Shown: positions 1 to 8,477 of the stretch, in pieces
Layout of the letters: every line of letters begins with the position of its first letter
Numbering within the stretch: position 1 is the first letter of the stretch
Source: Candidatus Fermentibacteraceae bacterium
Lineage (GTDB): Bacteria; Fermentibacterota; Fermentibacteria; Fermentibacterales; JCC-6
Direction: 5' to 3'
Assembly (NCBI GenBank): GCA_041686025.1
Contig: JAWLEP010000004.1
Coordinates: 66,022 to 90,145 of the forward strand
DNA length: 24,124 bases
Made by a program: the position numbers and the translations under genes
The notes under the pieces: generated by a model
The model's database searches: none
Seen by the model: the letters and a program-made list of their open reading frames with translations, nothing else
What the model was told of the DNA's origin: nothing

Positions 1-320
1 GGGACGCTGCGCCCACTGCGAAAACTAGCTGGCTGCAGCGCAGTGTGCTCTGCTCTCCCGCGCTATGCTATCTGCCTCCGCTTCACGGGGACGCTACGCT
101 CACCGCCCCAGTAATACTCGCTATCCTGCGCCGTGCTCCGCTCTCCCGCGCCATCCTGCCTGTCTTCGCTTCGTCGGTACGCTGCACCGCCCCGGTCAAA
201 GCCTCGATCCTGTGCCGCGCAGCGCGCGAACGCGAAGCAGTCGCACAGTTATTCCGGCACACCGCAGGGCATCTTTCGCCCGTAAGCGGTGCGTCTCGCT
301 CTTCGCAGGGACGCTGCGCC
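1..320. repeat. Degenerate ~88-bp tandem repeat downstream of tRNA-Tyr
   Basis: 45-132 and 133-216 align (gtgctc[t/c]gctctcccgcgc...cgcttc...acgct...caccgcccc...atcctg[c/t]gcc), about 40 of the first 52 positions identical. The core gg(g/t)acgct(g/a)c recurs at 1, 88, 176 and 308. Confidence 0.65.
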
Positions 321-413
321 GTCCCTCTATGCCGTCCCGAGCCCTGACCGGTGCGGGTTGAAATGGAAGGACCGCTGGCGTATTTCCGGCCGTTGCCTCG
401 GGCGACTGGCAAC

Positions 414-499
414 TGGTGGCGAGGGGTGGATTCGAACCACCGAAGGCTTAAGCCAACAGATTTACAGTCTGCCCCCTTTGACCGCTCGGGAACCTCGCC
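414..499 (-). tRNA. tRNA-Tyr (GUA)
   Basis: Reverse complement GGCGAGGTTCCCGAGCGGTCAAAGGGGGCAGACTGTAAATCTG...GGTGGTTCGAATCCACCCCTCGCCACCA: 7-bp acceptor stem, GTA anticodon, long variable arm, TTCGAAT loop, encoded CCA. Confidence 0.97.
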
Positions 500-517
500 T
501 GTATATGTCATCGGAAC

Positions 518-593
518 TGGAGCTGGCGATGGGACTCGAACCCGCAACCTGCTGATTACAAATCAGCTGCTCTGCCAATTGAGCTACGCCAGC
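518..593 (-). tRNA. tRNA-Thr (UGU)
   Basis: Reverse complement GCTGGCGTAGCTCAATTGGCAGAGCAGCTGATTTGTAATCAGCAGGTTGCGGGTTCGAGTCCCATCGCCAGCTCCA: 76 nt, TGT anticodon, encoded CCA. Thr(UGU)-Tyr(GUA) is the order found in tufB-type tRNA clusters. Confidence 0.97.
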
Positions 594-619
594 AGCATCC
601 GCTTTCTACGCGAGTCGCA

Positions 620-648
620 ACAATATCCCCGGGCCCCCATATCGTCAA
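620..648 (-). promoter_or_regulatory. sigma70-like promoter for the tRNA operon
   Basis: Minus strand TTGACG (648-643), 17-nt spacer, TATTGT (625-620), 26 nt upstream of tRNA-Thr. Confidence 0.7.
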
Positions 649-674
649 GGCGCCAGCGACTCTGAATCGAGTCG

Positions 675-703
675 TTGACGCCTCTCTTACAAGGACGTAC
701 TCT
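675..703 (+). promoter_or_regulatory. sigma70-like promoter for the lipoprotein-ABC operon
   Basis: TTGACG (675-680), 17-nt spacer, TACTCT (698-703), upstream of ATG 750. Confidence 0.6.
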
Positions 704-749
704 TACCGGGGCGGGAAAGCTAAGCCTGCCGGAGGGAGCTGTCAAGAAT

Positions 750-1568
750 ATGAGCAGAAGACATGCCGCCGCGCTGCTGGCCTGCGTCCTTGCGGCCTCC
801 TGCTGCGGCGGAGGACCCGATAGTGGCGACCTGGCCATGGTTCCCGCCAACAGCCTCTGCTACATAAGGATATCCCCCGACGCGGCAGGGCTGGTGTCCG
901 CCCTGATGCCGGAGGAGACCAGCGGCGTGCCGGTGGGGCTGCTGGAGGACCTGCTGGAAGCAGGCCCCCTGGGGGCCGCCGTAATCTCCATAGACTTCAC
1001 CACGCTGAAGCCGCAGCTGCTCTTCCTCAGCAGGGGCGTCGACGCGGGGGAGATGGAGCGCATCGCCGGCTCCCGGCTGGACTGCCGCACCGAGGAGTCC
1101 AGCGGCCGCACCGACCTCCTCACAGAGCGGGGGGGCATACTGGGCTCCGTGGCCTCCCGGGACGGCTGGACCTGCCTGTACATGGGCAGGTCCCCCTCCG
1201 CCGTGGTGGGGCCCTGGCTGGGGATGGAGGAGTCGGGCTCCCTGGCGGCGGACACCGGCCTGGCGGCCCTGGAGGGCGGAGACGCCCAGCTGTCGCTGCT
1301 GCTGCCTGGAAACATGATCGACTTCCTGGGGCTGCTTCCCCTGCAGCGCTGGTACCCGGACATGGCCGAGCTGCGGACCTCCTTCCTTTCACTTCGGCCC
1401 CGCGCCCTGCGGGTGGACCTCTCCACCGACCCCTACATCTCCCTGGAGGCCAGGATGGTCCGCCAGGGCGGCCGTCATACCCGGCTGAGCCTTGAGCTGG
1501 AGGACCCGGGGCTGGCGGCGGACTCCCTTCCGTCCGTGGTCCGGACCTTGGCCGAAGAGCTTCTGTGA
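750..1568 (+). CDS. Hypothetical lipoprotein
   Basis: ATG at 750, downstream of the predicted promoter, with GGAGGGAG at 731-738. N-terminus MSRRHAAALLACVLAASCCGG has a basic n-region, a hydrophobic core and a lipobox-like AAS-C. Stop overlaps the next start (GTGA). Confidence 0.7.
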   Translation: MSRRHAAALLACVLAASCCGGGPDSGDLAMVPANSLCYIRISPDAAGLVSALMPEETSGVPVGLLEDLLEAGPLGAAVISIDFTTLKPQLLFLSRGVDAGEMERIAGSRLDCRTEESSGRTDLLTERGGILGSVASRDGWTCLYMGRSPSAVVGPWLGMEESGSLAADTGLAALEGGDAQLSLLLPGNMIDFLGLLPLQRWYPDMAELRTSFLSLRPRALRVDLSTDPYISLEARMVRQGGRHTRLSLELEDPGLAADSLPSVVRTLAEELL

Positions 1569-2242
1569 GCCAGCCCACCGACGGACCGGTCCTGAAGGCC
1601 CGGGGGATAGGACGACGCTTCGACGACCGGGTGGTGCTGGACGGCCTCGACCTGGACATCGAGCCCGGCGAGTTCGCTGCCATTGTCGGGCGCAGCGGCG
1701 TGGGCAAGAGCACCCTCCTGGGCATCATCGGCCTCCACGATCCCGCCTACGGCGGGCGGATAACCATCGAGGGCCGGGACGTGGGAGAGATGGACCGGGC
1801 TGGGCTGGCCTCCATCAGGAGGACGGTAATCGGGTTCGTCTTCCAGGACTTCCACCTGCTCCCCAACCTCACCGCCCTGGAGAACGTCACCCTGCCGGCG
1901 GTCTTCTCAGGCGCCGACCTGCCGGCTGCGGAGTCGCAGGCGCGTGAGGTCCTGACACATCTCTCACTTCGGCTGGACGACACCCCCACGTCCCTGCTGT
2001 CCCGGGGCGAGCGGCAGAGGGTGGCGGTGGCCCGGGGGCTGGTTAACCGGCCCCGGGTGCTGATGGCGGACGAGCCGTCGGCCAGCCTGGACGAGGAGAG
2101 CGAGAACCGCCTGTTCGACCTGCTGGACGACCTCCGCGACCGGCAGGGCTTCGCGCTGCTGGCCGTGGTCCACTCCTCGGCCATACTGAAGCGGGCCGAC
2201 AGGGTGCTCCGCCTGGAGGAGGGCAGGCTCCATGAGGTATAG
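1565..2242 (+). CDS. ABC transporter ATP-binding protein, LolD/MacB (type VII) family
   Basis: Walker A GRSGVGKST, IGFVFQDFHLLPNLTALENV, signature LSRGERQRVAVAR, Walker B LMADEP, H-loop VVH. Confidence 0.93.
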   Translation: MSQPTDGPVLKARGIGRRFDDRVVLDGLDLDIEPGEFAAIVGRSGVGKSTLLGIIGLHDPAYGGRITIEGRDVGEMDRAGLASIRRTVIGFVFQDFHLLPNLTALENVTLPAVFSGADLPAAESQAREVLTHLSLRLDDTPTSLLSRGERQRVAVARGLVNRPRVLMADEPSASLDEESENRLFDLLDDLRDRQGFALLAVVHSSAILKRADRVLRLEEGRLHEV

Positions 2243-3521
2243 CGAGGTCCGGCAGGCCCTGCACCTGTGGAACCGCGGCCACTGGAGGGACTACCTGTTC
2301 AGCCAGGCCATGCAGCTCACCGCCGCGCTCCTGCTGGTCTTTTTCATCGCCGTGGGCCTGGGCGTCCACCGGGTGCTGAACCGGTTCCTCCGCACCGACC
2401 TCCCCGCCGAGCAGGTCCGGGTGACCCCCGAGGGCAGCAGGGCCGGGTTCTTCCGTATGGAGGGAGGGGGTGTGGAGCTCACCGACTCTCTGCGCGGCGA
2501 GATAGAGAGCCTGCAGTGGGTGAGCGAGGTAGACCCCCAGATATACTCCCACGTCCCCGCCTACCTGCGCGGCCGGCTGGGCGGGGAGCCCTACTACACC
2601 GACATCACCCTGGAGGGGGTCACCGAGAGCTTCCTCTCCGACTCCGTCGCCCGAAGCCTGGACTGGACCTACACGCTGGAGGACTCCGCGCGCGCCTACC
2701 TGCCCCTGGTGCTCAGCGAGAACCTCATACTGCTGTACAACGCCAGCTTCGCCGACGCCAACGACCTGGTGGGGCTCACCCCCGACGGGGTGGTGGGCAC
2801 GGAGGTGCGGGTCACCCTGGGCCGCAGCTCCATAGCCGAGCTGGACCGGCCCTCCATCACCCTCAACGCCCGCATCGTGGCCACATCCCGCAACCTCTCC
2901 CTCTTCGCCCTGGCGGCGCCCCTGGAGTTCATCGACCAGATCAACACCTTCTACCGGCCGGAGAGGCCCCGGACCTACAGCTCCCTCCTGGTGACCGCCG
3001 AGAGGGCCGAGGACGTACCGGAGATCGTCCGCCGGGTGGAGGATATGGGCCTGCTGGCGGAGACCCGCCGGGGCATAGCTCAGAAGGCCGAGCTGCTGGT
3101 GCAGACGGTCACCGCCGCCCTGCTGGCCCTGGCCTTCATAGTGCTGGCCGCCGCCATCTCCAGCTCCATCCACACCCTGGTGGCCGACCTGCGCAACAGG
3201 CGCTTCGCCCTGGGGGTGCTGGTAGCCCTGGGCACCGACCACCGGAGGATGGCCTGGCTGTTCGCCTTCCAGATCTTCTTCATGTCGTTGATCACCACGG
3301 TGATAGGGGCCGGCCTGGGTTACGGCATCGCCGCCGCCGCCAGCAAAGCCCTGCTGAGCATAATCCCCGCGCTGGGCACGGCGGTGGAGAACCTGGCCGT
3401 CTTCCCCGTGGGCTGGCTGGCCCTGGGCCTCTCGGCCGTCCTGCTCATATCCACCGGGATCGCCTACATCTTCTTCGAGAGGATGCTGCGCCAGCCGGTC
3501 CGGAACCTCCTCCGCAAGTAA
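2232..3521 (+). CDS. ABC transporter permease, FtsX/MacB/LolC-E family
   Basis: One N-terminal TM, a large extracytoplasmic domain, then three TMs with the RRFALGVLVALG motif. Overlaps the ATPase gene. Confidence 0.88.
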   Translation: MRYSEVRQALHLWNRGHWRDYLFSQAMQLTAALLLVFFIAVGLGVHRVLNRFLRTDLPAEQVRVTPEGSRAGFFRMEGGGVELTDSLRGEIESLQWVSEVDPQIYSHVPAYLRGRLGGEPYYTDITLEGVTESFLSDSVARSLDWTYTLEDSARAYLPLVLSENLILLYNASFADANDLVGLTPDGVVGTEVRVTLGRSSIAELDRPSITLNARIVATSRNLSLFALAAPLEFIDQINTFYRPERPRTYSSLLVTAERAEDVPEIVRRVEDMGLLAETRRGIAQKAELLVQTVTAALLALAFIVLAAAISSSIHTLVADLRNRRFALGVLVALGTDHRRMAWLFAFQIFFMSLITTVIGAGLGYGIAAAASKALLSIIPALGTAVENLAVFPVGWLALGLSAVLLISTGIAYIFFERMLRQPVRNLLRK

Positions 3522-3536
3522 CCCCGCCCGGCCCGC

Positions 3537-3703
3537 CCGGGGACGGAGTACAACTTGTACAACTTAAACCTATAAGAGCTTCTCCGGCAGCGAATTATCC
3601 GCTACGAATCCTAAATGGGCGCCAAATGCATAGCATATGGGTTAAGTGCTTGGCATATGGGATCTTGTGCAACTGAGTTGTACAAGTTGTACTCCGTCCC
3701 CGG
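3537..3703. mobile_element. 167-bp non-autonomous element (MITE/REPIN-like) with perfect 28-bp terminal inverted repeats
   Basis: ccggggacggagtacaacttgtacaact (3537-3564) is the exact reverse complement of 3676-3703. The 111-bp interior is about 46% GC by hand count, well below the flanking genes. It lies between convergent genes. Confidence 0.7.
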
Positions 3704-3719
3704 TTGACCCCGGTTGTCG

Positions 3720-6515
3720 TTAGAAGATGTCGAGGTTGAGGCGGAGGTAGGTCTCGGTGTCCAGGCTGTCCCAGATGGGGATGACGGGGGTCTTCGTGTA
3801 GTCGTAGGACCAGCCCAGGGAGATGGAGATGCGGCGCCAGGCCTTGAAGACGAGCTCGGCGTTGCCGTTGGAGATCAGGTCGTCGGGCTGGCCGGGAGTA
3901 GCGTACAGACTCGTCCCGACCCACAGGCTGGGCAGCAGGGAGGCCTCCTTCTCCAGCCACAGCCCCAGGGAGGCGTAGGAGCTGAGCTCGTCGGTGCGCT
4001 CCTCGCCCCAGCTCCATCGGCTGTTCACCACGCCCACCCCCAGCTCGGGAGCCAGCCAGGCCCAGTCGCTGATCCACCTCTTGTAGCCCAGGGCGGCGTA
4101 GGAACTCACCTGCCAGGGCCTCACCGTCAGCGGCTGGCGGTCCCAGGAGGAGCTGGCCTCGGCGTAGATGCCGTCTGTGAGGAAGTAGGAAGAGGTCACC
4201 CGCGCCCAGGCCGTGTTCCGGGTCTCCCTGTTCTCCTCCTCCTCCAGCGTGCCGCTGCCCTCCACGCTGACGGCGCTTCCCCGGCCGTCCAGCTTCAGCC
4301 TGACGTCCATGCCGCCGCGGTAGTCGCGCTCCTCCACGTTCCCCCGCTCCACCGAGATGTCCAGCCAGATGCCGGCGGTGATGGGACTGGCGTCCATCCG
4401 CCACCATCCGGCGTCGTAGGAGGGGTCGGATATGACGCCTATCCGGGCCTCGGCGTACTCGTAGCCGGGGGAGATCCGCAGAGCCTGCAGGTAGTACTCC
4501 AGGGCCTTCCCCGGGTTGCCGCTGCGCTCCTCCACCAGGCCCAGGTAGGAGATGGCGAACACCGACTGGGGGTCCAGGTCCACCGCCCGCTGCAGCGTGG
4601 CCCTTGCCTCGTCCAGGCGGTCGTCGAAGATCAGCGACTCGCCCAGGTAGGCCCAGGCGTCGGAGGAGGTGCTGTCCGCCCGTATGGCCGCGTGGTACCT
4701 GGCGGCGGCCAGGTCGTAGCGTCCGTCGTCGTAAAGCGCCGCCCCCCATGCCAGCCAGGGCATGGGGTTGTCGGGCTCCAGCTCCACCGCCCGGGAGTAG
4801 CAGAGTCCGGCCCTGTCCGGAAGGTCCAGCTGCGCGTAGAGGTCGGCCAGGGAGAGCCAGCCCTCCAGGCCGTCGTCCTGGAGGGCCCTGGCGGTGTCCG
4901 CCAGCTCCGCCGCCCGGTCCTCCATGTAGGAGTAGTAGTAGCTCCAGGCCAGCGTAACCCAGGCGTCCGGAAATCGGCCGGCTATCAGCTGCCGCAGGCT
5001 GTCCGACCGCGACTGCAGTCCTGCTTCCGCCGCCAGAAGGGACGTTGACGCCAGCGCAATGCTGCTGTCGCCGCCGCAGGCCAGATACAAGTCCATGTGC
5101 TCCATGGCGTCGAGGTGGTCCCCCTGCCGGGCCAGGACCCTGGCCAGGTTCATTCGCCCGAAGAGGTAGCAGGAGTCCATCTCCACAGAGGCCCGGTAGT
5201 GGATCAGCGCACTGTCGGTCTTCCCCGCCCTGGTGAGCAGGCTGCCCAGCTCCCCCAGTATCCAGGCGGTGGGAGCGGACCTCTCCAGAGCCTCCCTGAA
5301 CCAGGCCACGGCCCTGTCGTAGCGGCCCTCGTCCTCGTAGATCAGCCCCCTCTGCTGCCACAGCCAGGTGTTGTAGGGGTCCTGCTCGATGCCGGCCTCG
5401 TAGGCGGCCGCCGCCCCCTCCGGGTCGCCCAGGGCCTCCCTCACGTAGCCCAGCTGTCCCCAGGCCCAGTCGTCGGAGGGGTCCAGCTCCACCACCTTAC
5501 CGTAGGCGGCCTCGGCCTCGGCGAACCTGCTCAGCTGGTCCAGGGCCATGGCCAGATTCGCCCAGGCCTCCACCATCCCCGGGTCCGCGTCGGTGGCCAT
5601 CTCCAGCCAGTCCACGGCCTTCTCCAGCTCCCCGGAGTCGTGCTCCAGCAGCCCCATTCTCATCATGGCCCAGGCGTAGGAGCTGTCCAGGGCTATTCCC
5701 TCCTGGTACCACTGTCTTGCCAGGTCCTCCCGTCCCACGTTCTCGAAGCACAGGGCCAGCTCGCCGTGGGCCCAGAGATCCGTCGAGTCCGCGTCCAGTA
5801 CCTTTCGGTACCGCTTGATGGCCGCCCCCCACTCGCCGCGGCGCTCGTGTATCAGGCCCAGCCGCTTCATGGCCTCCAGGGAGGCCGTGCCCAGGGAGTC
5901 GTAGATGGAGACGGCGGCGGCGGTGTCTCCCGCCAGCTCCCGCAGCCGTCCCAGCTGCATGAGGGCGTCCTCCCTGCCGGAGTAGCCGGACACCCCCAGG
6001 TAGCTCGACAGGAACTCGGCCGACTCCCCCGCAGACCCGGCGTCCGCCATCACCAGCGCCATGTCCATGGCGGCTCCCAGGTAGTCGGGGCGCAGGTCCA
6101 GGGCCCTCTGGAAGCTGGTGAGGGCGCCAACCGTGCTGTCGGTCTCGGCGTAGGCCCTTCCCAGGGCGGCCCAGGCCAGGGCGGAGGAGGAGTCGGCCTC
6201 CAGGGCCGACCGCAGGCGCTCCATCGCCGCGTGGGGGTCGTATCGGAGCAGGGAGAGGCCCCGGGAGACCAGGGGGAGCACCGAGGAGGAGTCCAGGGTC
6301 AGGGCCGTGGAGGAGTGGGACTCCGCCGTGGAGCCCGGGTCGCCCAGGTCCAGCCTGGAGATGGCCACGGCGGCCCAGGCGTCTGCGCTGGTGGAGTCGG
6401 CGGCCAGGGCCTCCTCCGCCACCAGGGCGGCGGAGTCGGGCTTCATCTCCATCTGCAGGTCCATCCAGCGGGAGAGCCCGGGCAGGGACAGGATGACGGC
6501 CAGAACGAAGCTCAA
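3720..6515 (-). CDS. Large TPR-repeat protein with C-terminal outer-membrane beta-barrel (DUF481/YdiY-like)
   Basis: Short hydrophobic N-terminus, then about 700 aa of 34-aa TPR motifs (e.g. AWANLAMALDQLSRFAEAEAAYGKVVELDPSD). The last ~225 aa show alternating amphipathic beta-strands, an RGNV turn, YDY...P...DT and a terminal Phe (YLRLNLDIF). TTG start 2 nt after the uppP stop. Confidence 0.8.
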   Translation of the reverse strand: MSFVLAVILSLPGLSRWMDLQMEMKPDSAALVAEEALAADSTSADAWAAVAISRLDLGDPGSTAESHSSTALTLDSSSVLPLVSRGLSLLRYDPHAAMERLRSALEADSSSALAWAALGRAYAETDSTVGALTSFQRALDLRPDYLGAAMDMALVMADAGSAGESAEFLSSYLGVSGYSGREDALMQLGRLRELAGDTAAAVSIYDSLGTASLEAMKRLGLIHERRGEWGAAIKRYRKVLDADSTDLWAHGELALCFENVGREDLARQWYQEGIALDSSYAWAMMRMGLLEHDSGELEKAVDWLEMATDADPGMVEAWANLAMALDQLSRFAEAEAAYGKVVELDPSDDWAWGQLGYVREALGDPEGAAAAYEAGIEQDPYNTWLWQQRGLIYEDEGRYDRAVAWFREALERSAPTAWILGELGSLLTRAGKTDSALIHYRASVEMDSCYLFGRMNLARVLARQGDHLDAMEHMDLYLACGGDSSIALASTSLLAAEAGLQSRSDSLRQLIAGRFPDAWVTLAWSYYYSYMEDRAAELADTARALQDDGLEGWLSLADLYAQLDLPDRAGLCYSRAVELEPDNPMPWLAWGAALYDDGRYDLAAARYHAAIRADSTSSDAWAYLGESLIFDDRLDEARATLQRAVDLDPQSVFAISYLGLVEERSGNPGKALEYYLQALRISPGYEYAEARIGVISDPSYDAGWWRMDASPITAGIWLDISVERGNVEERDYRGGMDVRLKLDGRGSAVSVEGSGTLEEEENRETRNTAWARVTSSYFLTDGIYAEASSSWDRQPLTVRPWQVSSYAALGYKRWISDWAWLAPELGVGVVNSRWSWGEERTDELSSYASLGLWLEKEASLLPSLWVGTSLYATPGQPDDLISNGNAELVFKAWRRISISLGWSYDYTKTPVIPIWDSLDTETYLRLNLDIF

Positions 6516-6517
6516 GG

Positions 6518-7291
6518 TTACCCTTCCAGTATGATCAGGAGAATGCCGGCGATGCCCGCCGCCCAGCAGTACCAGGAGAACAGATGGAGCCTGCCGCGGC
6601 GGACGAAGCGCAGAAGAAGCCTCAGCGCACTATAGCCCGTGATCGCCGCCACCACAAATCCCACGGGGAGATGAAGACCCAGCTCGGCGGAGTCCAGGCC
6701 CCGCAGCTCCAGTATCCCCGCCCCGGCGATGGCGGGCACCGACAGCAGGAAGGAGAACCTGGCGGCCTCCTCCCTGTCCAGGCCGCGGAAGAGTCCGGCG
6801 GATATGGTGGAGCCGGACCGGGAGATGCCCGGAAGCAGCGCCGCTGCCTGGGCCAGGCCGATTACAACGGCGCTGGCCGCTCCCGGCCGGCGGGTGCCGG
6901 GGCGGGCCCATCTGGTGGCGAAGAGCAGCCCGCCGGTGACCAGCAGCATGGCCGAGGCGGTGACGGGGGAGTCGAAGAGGGCCTTCACCCGGTCGCCAAG
7001 CAGCACGCCGGCGGTCCCGGCGGGAACCGATCCCAGGGCCAGCAGGCCCAGCATCCTCAGGCTGGCCCGCTCCCGGCGGATGGCCCCGGCAAGCAGCCCC
7101 AGGATGTCGCGGCCGTAGACGGCCAGCACCGCCACCAGGGTGCCCAGGTGGACCACCACCTCGAAGGCTATGCCCTGTCTGGGCACGTGCATGATCCCCT
7201 GCAGTATCACCAGGTGGCCGGAGCTGGACACCGGAAGGAACTCGGTGAGGCCCTGCACCGCAGCCAGCCAGGCGGCCTCCAGCTCACCCAT
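6518..7291 (-). CDS. uppP: Undecaprenyl-diphosphate phosphatase (BacA family)
   Basis: VQGLTEFLPVSSSGHL, HLGTL, LLPGISRSGSTI and AARFSFLL motifs. Confidence 0.96.
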   Translation of the reverse strand: MGELEAAWLAAVQGLTEFLPVSSSGHLVILQGIMHVPRQGIAFEVVVHLGTLVAVLAVYGRDILGLLAGAIRRERASLRMLGLLALGSVPAGTAGVLLGDRVKALFDSPVTASAMLLVTGGLLFATRWARPGTRRPGAASAVVIGLAQAAALLPGISRSGSTISAGLFRGLDREEAARFSFLLSVPAIAGAGILELRGLDSAELGLHLPVGFVVAAITGYSALRLLLRFVRRGRLHLFSWYCWAAGIAGILLIILEG

Positions 7292-8477
7292 CTTCCAGGA
7301 ACTCCCTGTGCAGGGCCCTCATGGCCCGGTCCCGCTGACCCAGCCGGACCAGGGCCGATATGGTGGCGTGGGAGTCCACCGTCTGCAGCATGTCTATGCC
7401 CTCCGCAGCCAGGGCCCTGGAGAACCGGGCCATGACGCCGTGCATGCCGTGCATGCCGGCTCCCACGATGGAGACCTTGGCGCAGGGGCCCAGCATCCGC
7501 AGGCCGAGGCCGTGGGGCTCCAGGACCTCCCGGACCCGGTCGGCGTCCTCCACGGCCACGGTGAACACGGCGGTGCCGTCCAGCACCGAGAACATGTCCA
7601 TGGAGATGCCGGCTCCGGCCACGCTGCCGAAGACCTCGGCGAAGAAGCCGGCCCGGGAGGCCGACCCGTCATCGGAGACGCGCACCTGCGCCACCTCCGG
7701 CCCGGAGGCCACACCGGAGATGTACCGGCCGGTGTCCAGCACGCAGGGGGCGATCTCGGTGACGATGCCTCCGCTGCGAAGGGAGCGCACCTGAATGGGC
7801 ACCCCGGCCTCGGCGGAGATCTCGGCCGCCCTTGGATGCACCACCTCCGCGCCCTGCCAGGCCATCTGGCGCAGGTCCTCGGCGCTGATGCGGCGTATGG
7901 GCCTGGCCTCCGGTACGGTGCCCGGGTCGGCGGTGTAGACAGACTCCACCGTCTTGTAGAGTATGGCCTCGTCGGCCTCCAGGGCCGAGGCCAGGGCGAT
8001 GGCGGTGGAGTCGCTGCCGCCCCGGCCCAGCGTGGTTATCCGGCCCTGGCGGCTCTGGCCCTGGAAGCCGGCCACCACCGCCACCCTGTTCTCCTCCAGG
8101 ACGCAGCTCAGGGGCTCGAGGTAGACGCACTCGATGCGGGAGTCGCCCTCCACGCCGTCGGTGACTATGCCGGCCTCCGCCCCGCTGAGGGCCTGCGCCT
8201 CCATGCCCAGCCGGCGCAGGTGCGCGGCCATCACGGAGGCGGAGATCACCTCGCCGCACGCCATCAGGGCGTCGCGCTCCGCAGGGGTGGCCTCCGGGGC
8301 CAGGCCCAGCAGGGAGTCGGTGGCGTAGGGGTCCCCGTCCCGGCCCATGGCCGACACCACAACCACCAGTCTCTCGAACTCCTCGCGGAGCTCGGCGCAC
8401 CGCAGGGCGGACAGCTCCCGCTCCTCCGGCCCTCCCAGACAGGTGCCTCCGAACTTCACGACGGCAAGCCGCCTCAT
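7284..8477 (-). CDS. dapG: Aspartate kinase, DapG/AK-I-like, with C-terminal ACT domains
   Basis: KFGGT, VVVVSAMGRDGDPYATDSLL (recalled as characteristic of Bacillus DapG), VAGFQG, TTLGRGGSD, YTADP, and ACT-region KVSIVGAGMHGMHGV. Confidence 0.88.
   Translation of the reverse strand: MRRLAVVKFGGTCLGGPEERELSALRCAELREEFERLVVVVSAMGRDGDPYATDSLLGLAPEATPAERDALMACGEVISASVMAAHLRRLGMEAQALSGAEAGIVTDGVEGDSRIECVYLEPLSCVLEENRVAVVAGFQGQSRQGRITTLGRGGSDSTAIALASALEADEAILYKTVESVYTADPGTVPEARPIRRISAEDLRQMAWQGAEVVHPRAAEISAEAGVPIQVRSLRSGGIVTEIAPCVLDTGRYISGVASGPEVAQVRVSDDGSASRAGFFAEVFGSVAGAGISMDMFSVLDGTAVFTVAVEDADRVREVLEPHGLGLRMLGPCAKVSIVGAGMHGMHGVMARFSRALAAEGIDMLQTVDSHATISALVRLGQRDRAMRALHREFLEDG

Noticed and set aside
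1..320. CRISPR array
   Set aside because: The units are degenerate and the intervening sequences resemble each other instead of being unique spacers. No cas genes are present.
528..545. C-A mismatch in the tRNA-Thr T-stem as a sign of a pseudogene
   Set aside because: All other tRNA elements, the CCA end and the promoter are intact, and single T-stem mismatches are tolerated.
1..593. tRNA-targeted genomic island or att site
   Set aside because: No integrase and no duplicated tRNA 3' end was seen in the window.
45..665. Short ORFs at 45-347, 65-361, 83-547, 289-555 and 351-665
   Set aside because: They overlap the tRNA genes or the repeat region, have no recognisable motifs and lack typical codon bias.
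3620..3650. dif/XerCD-like site (gcatagcatatgggttaagt)
   Set aside because: Spacing between GCATA and GTTAA is 8 nt versus 11 in dif, and the XerD arm matches poorly.
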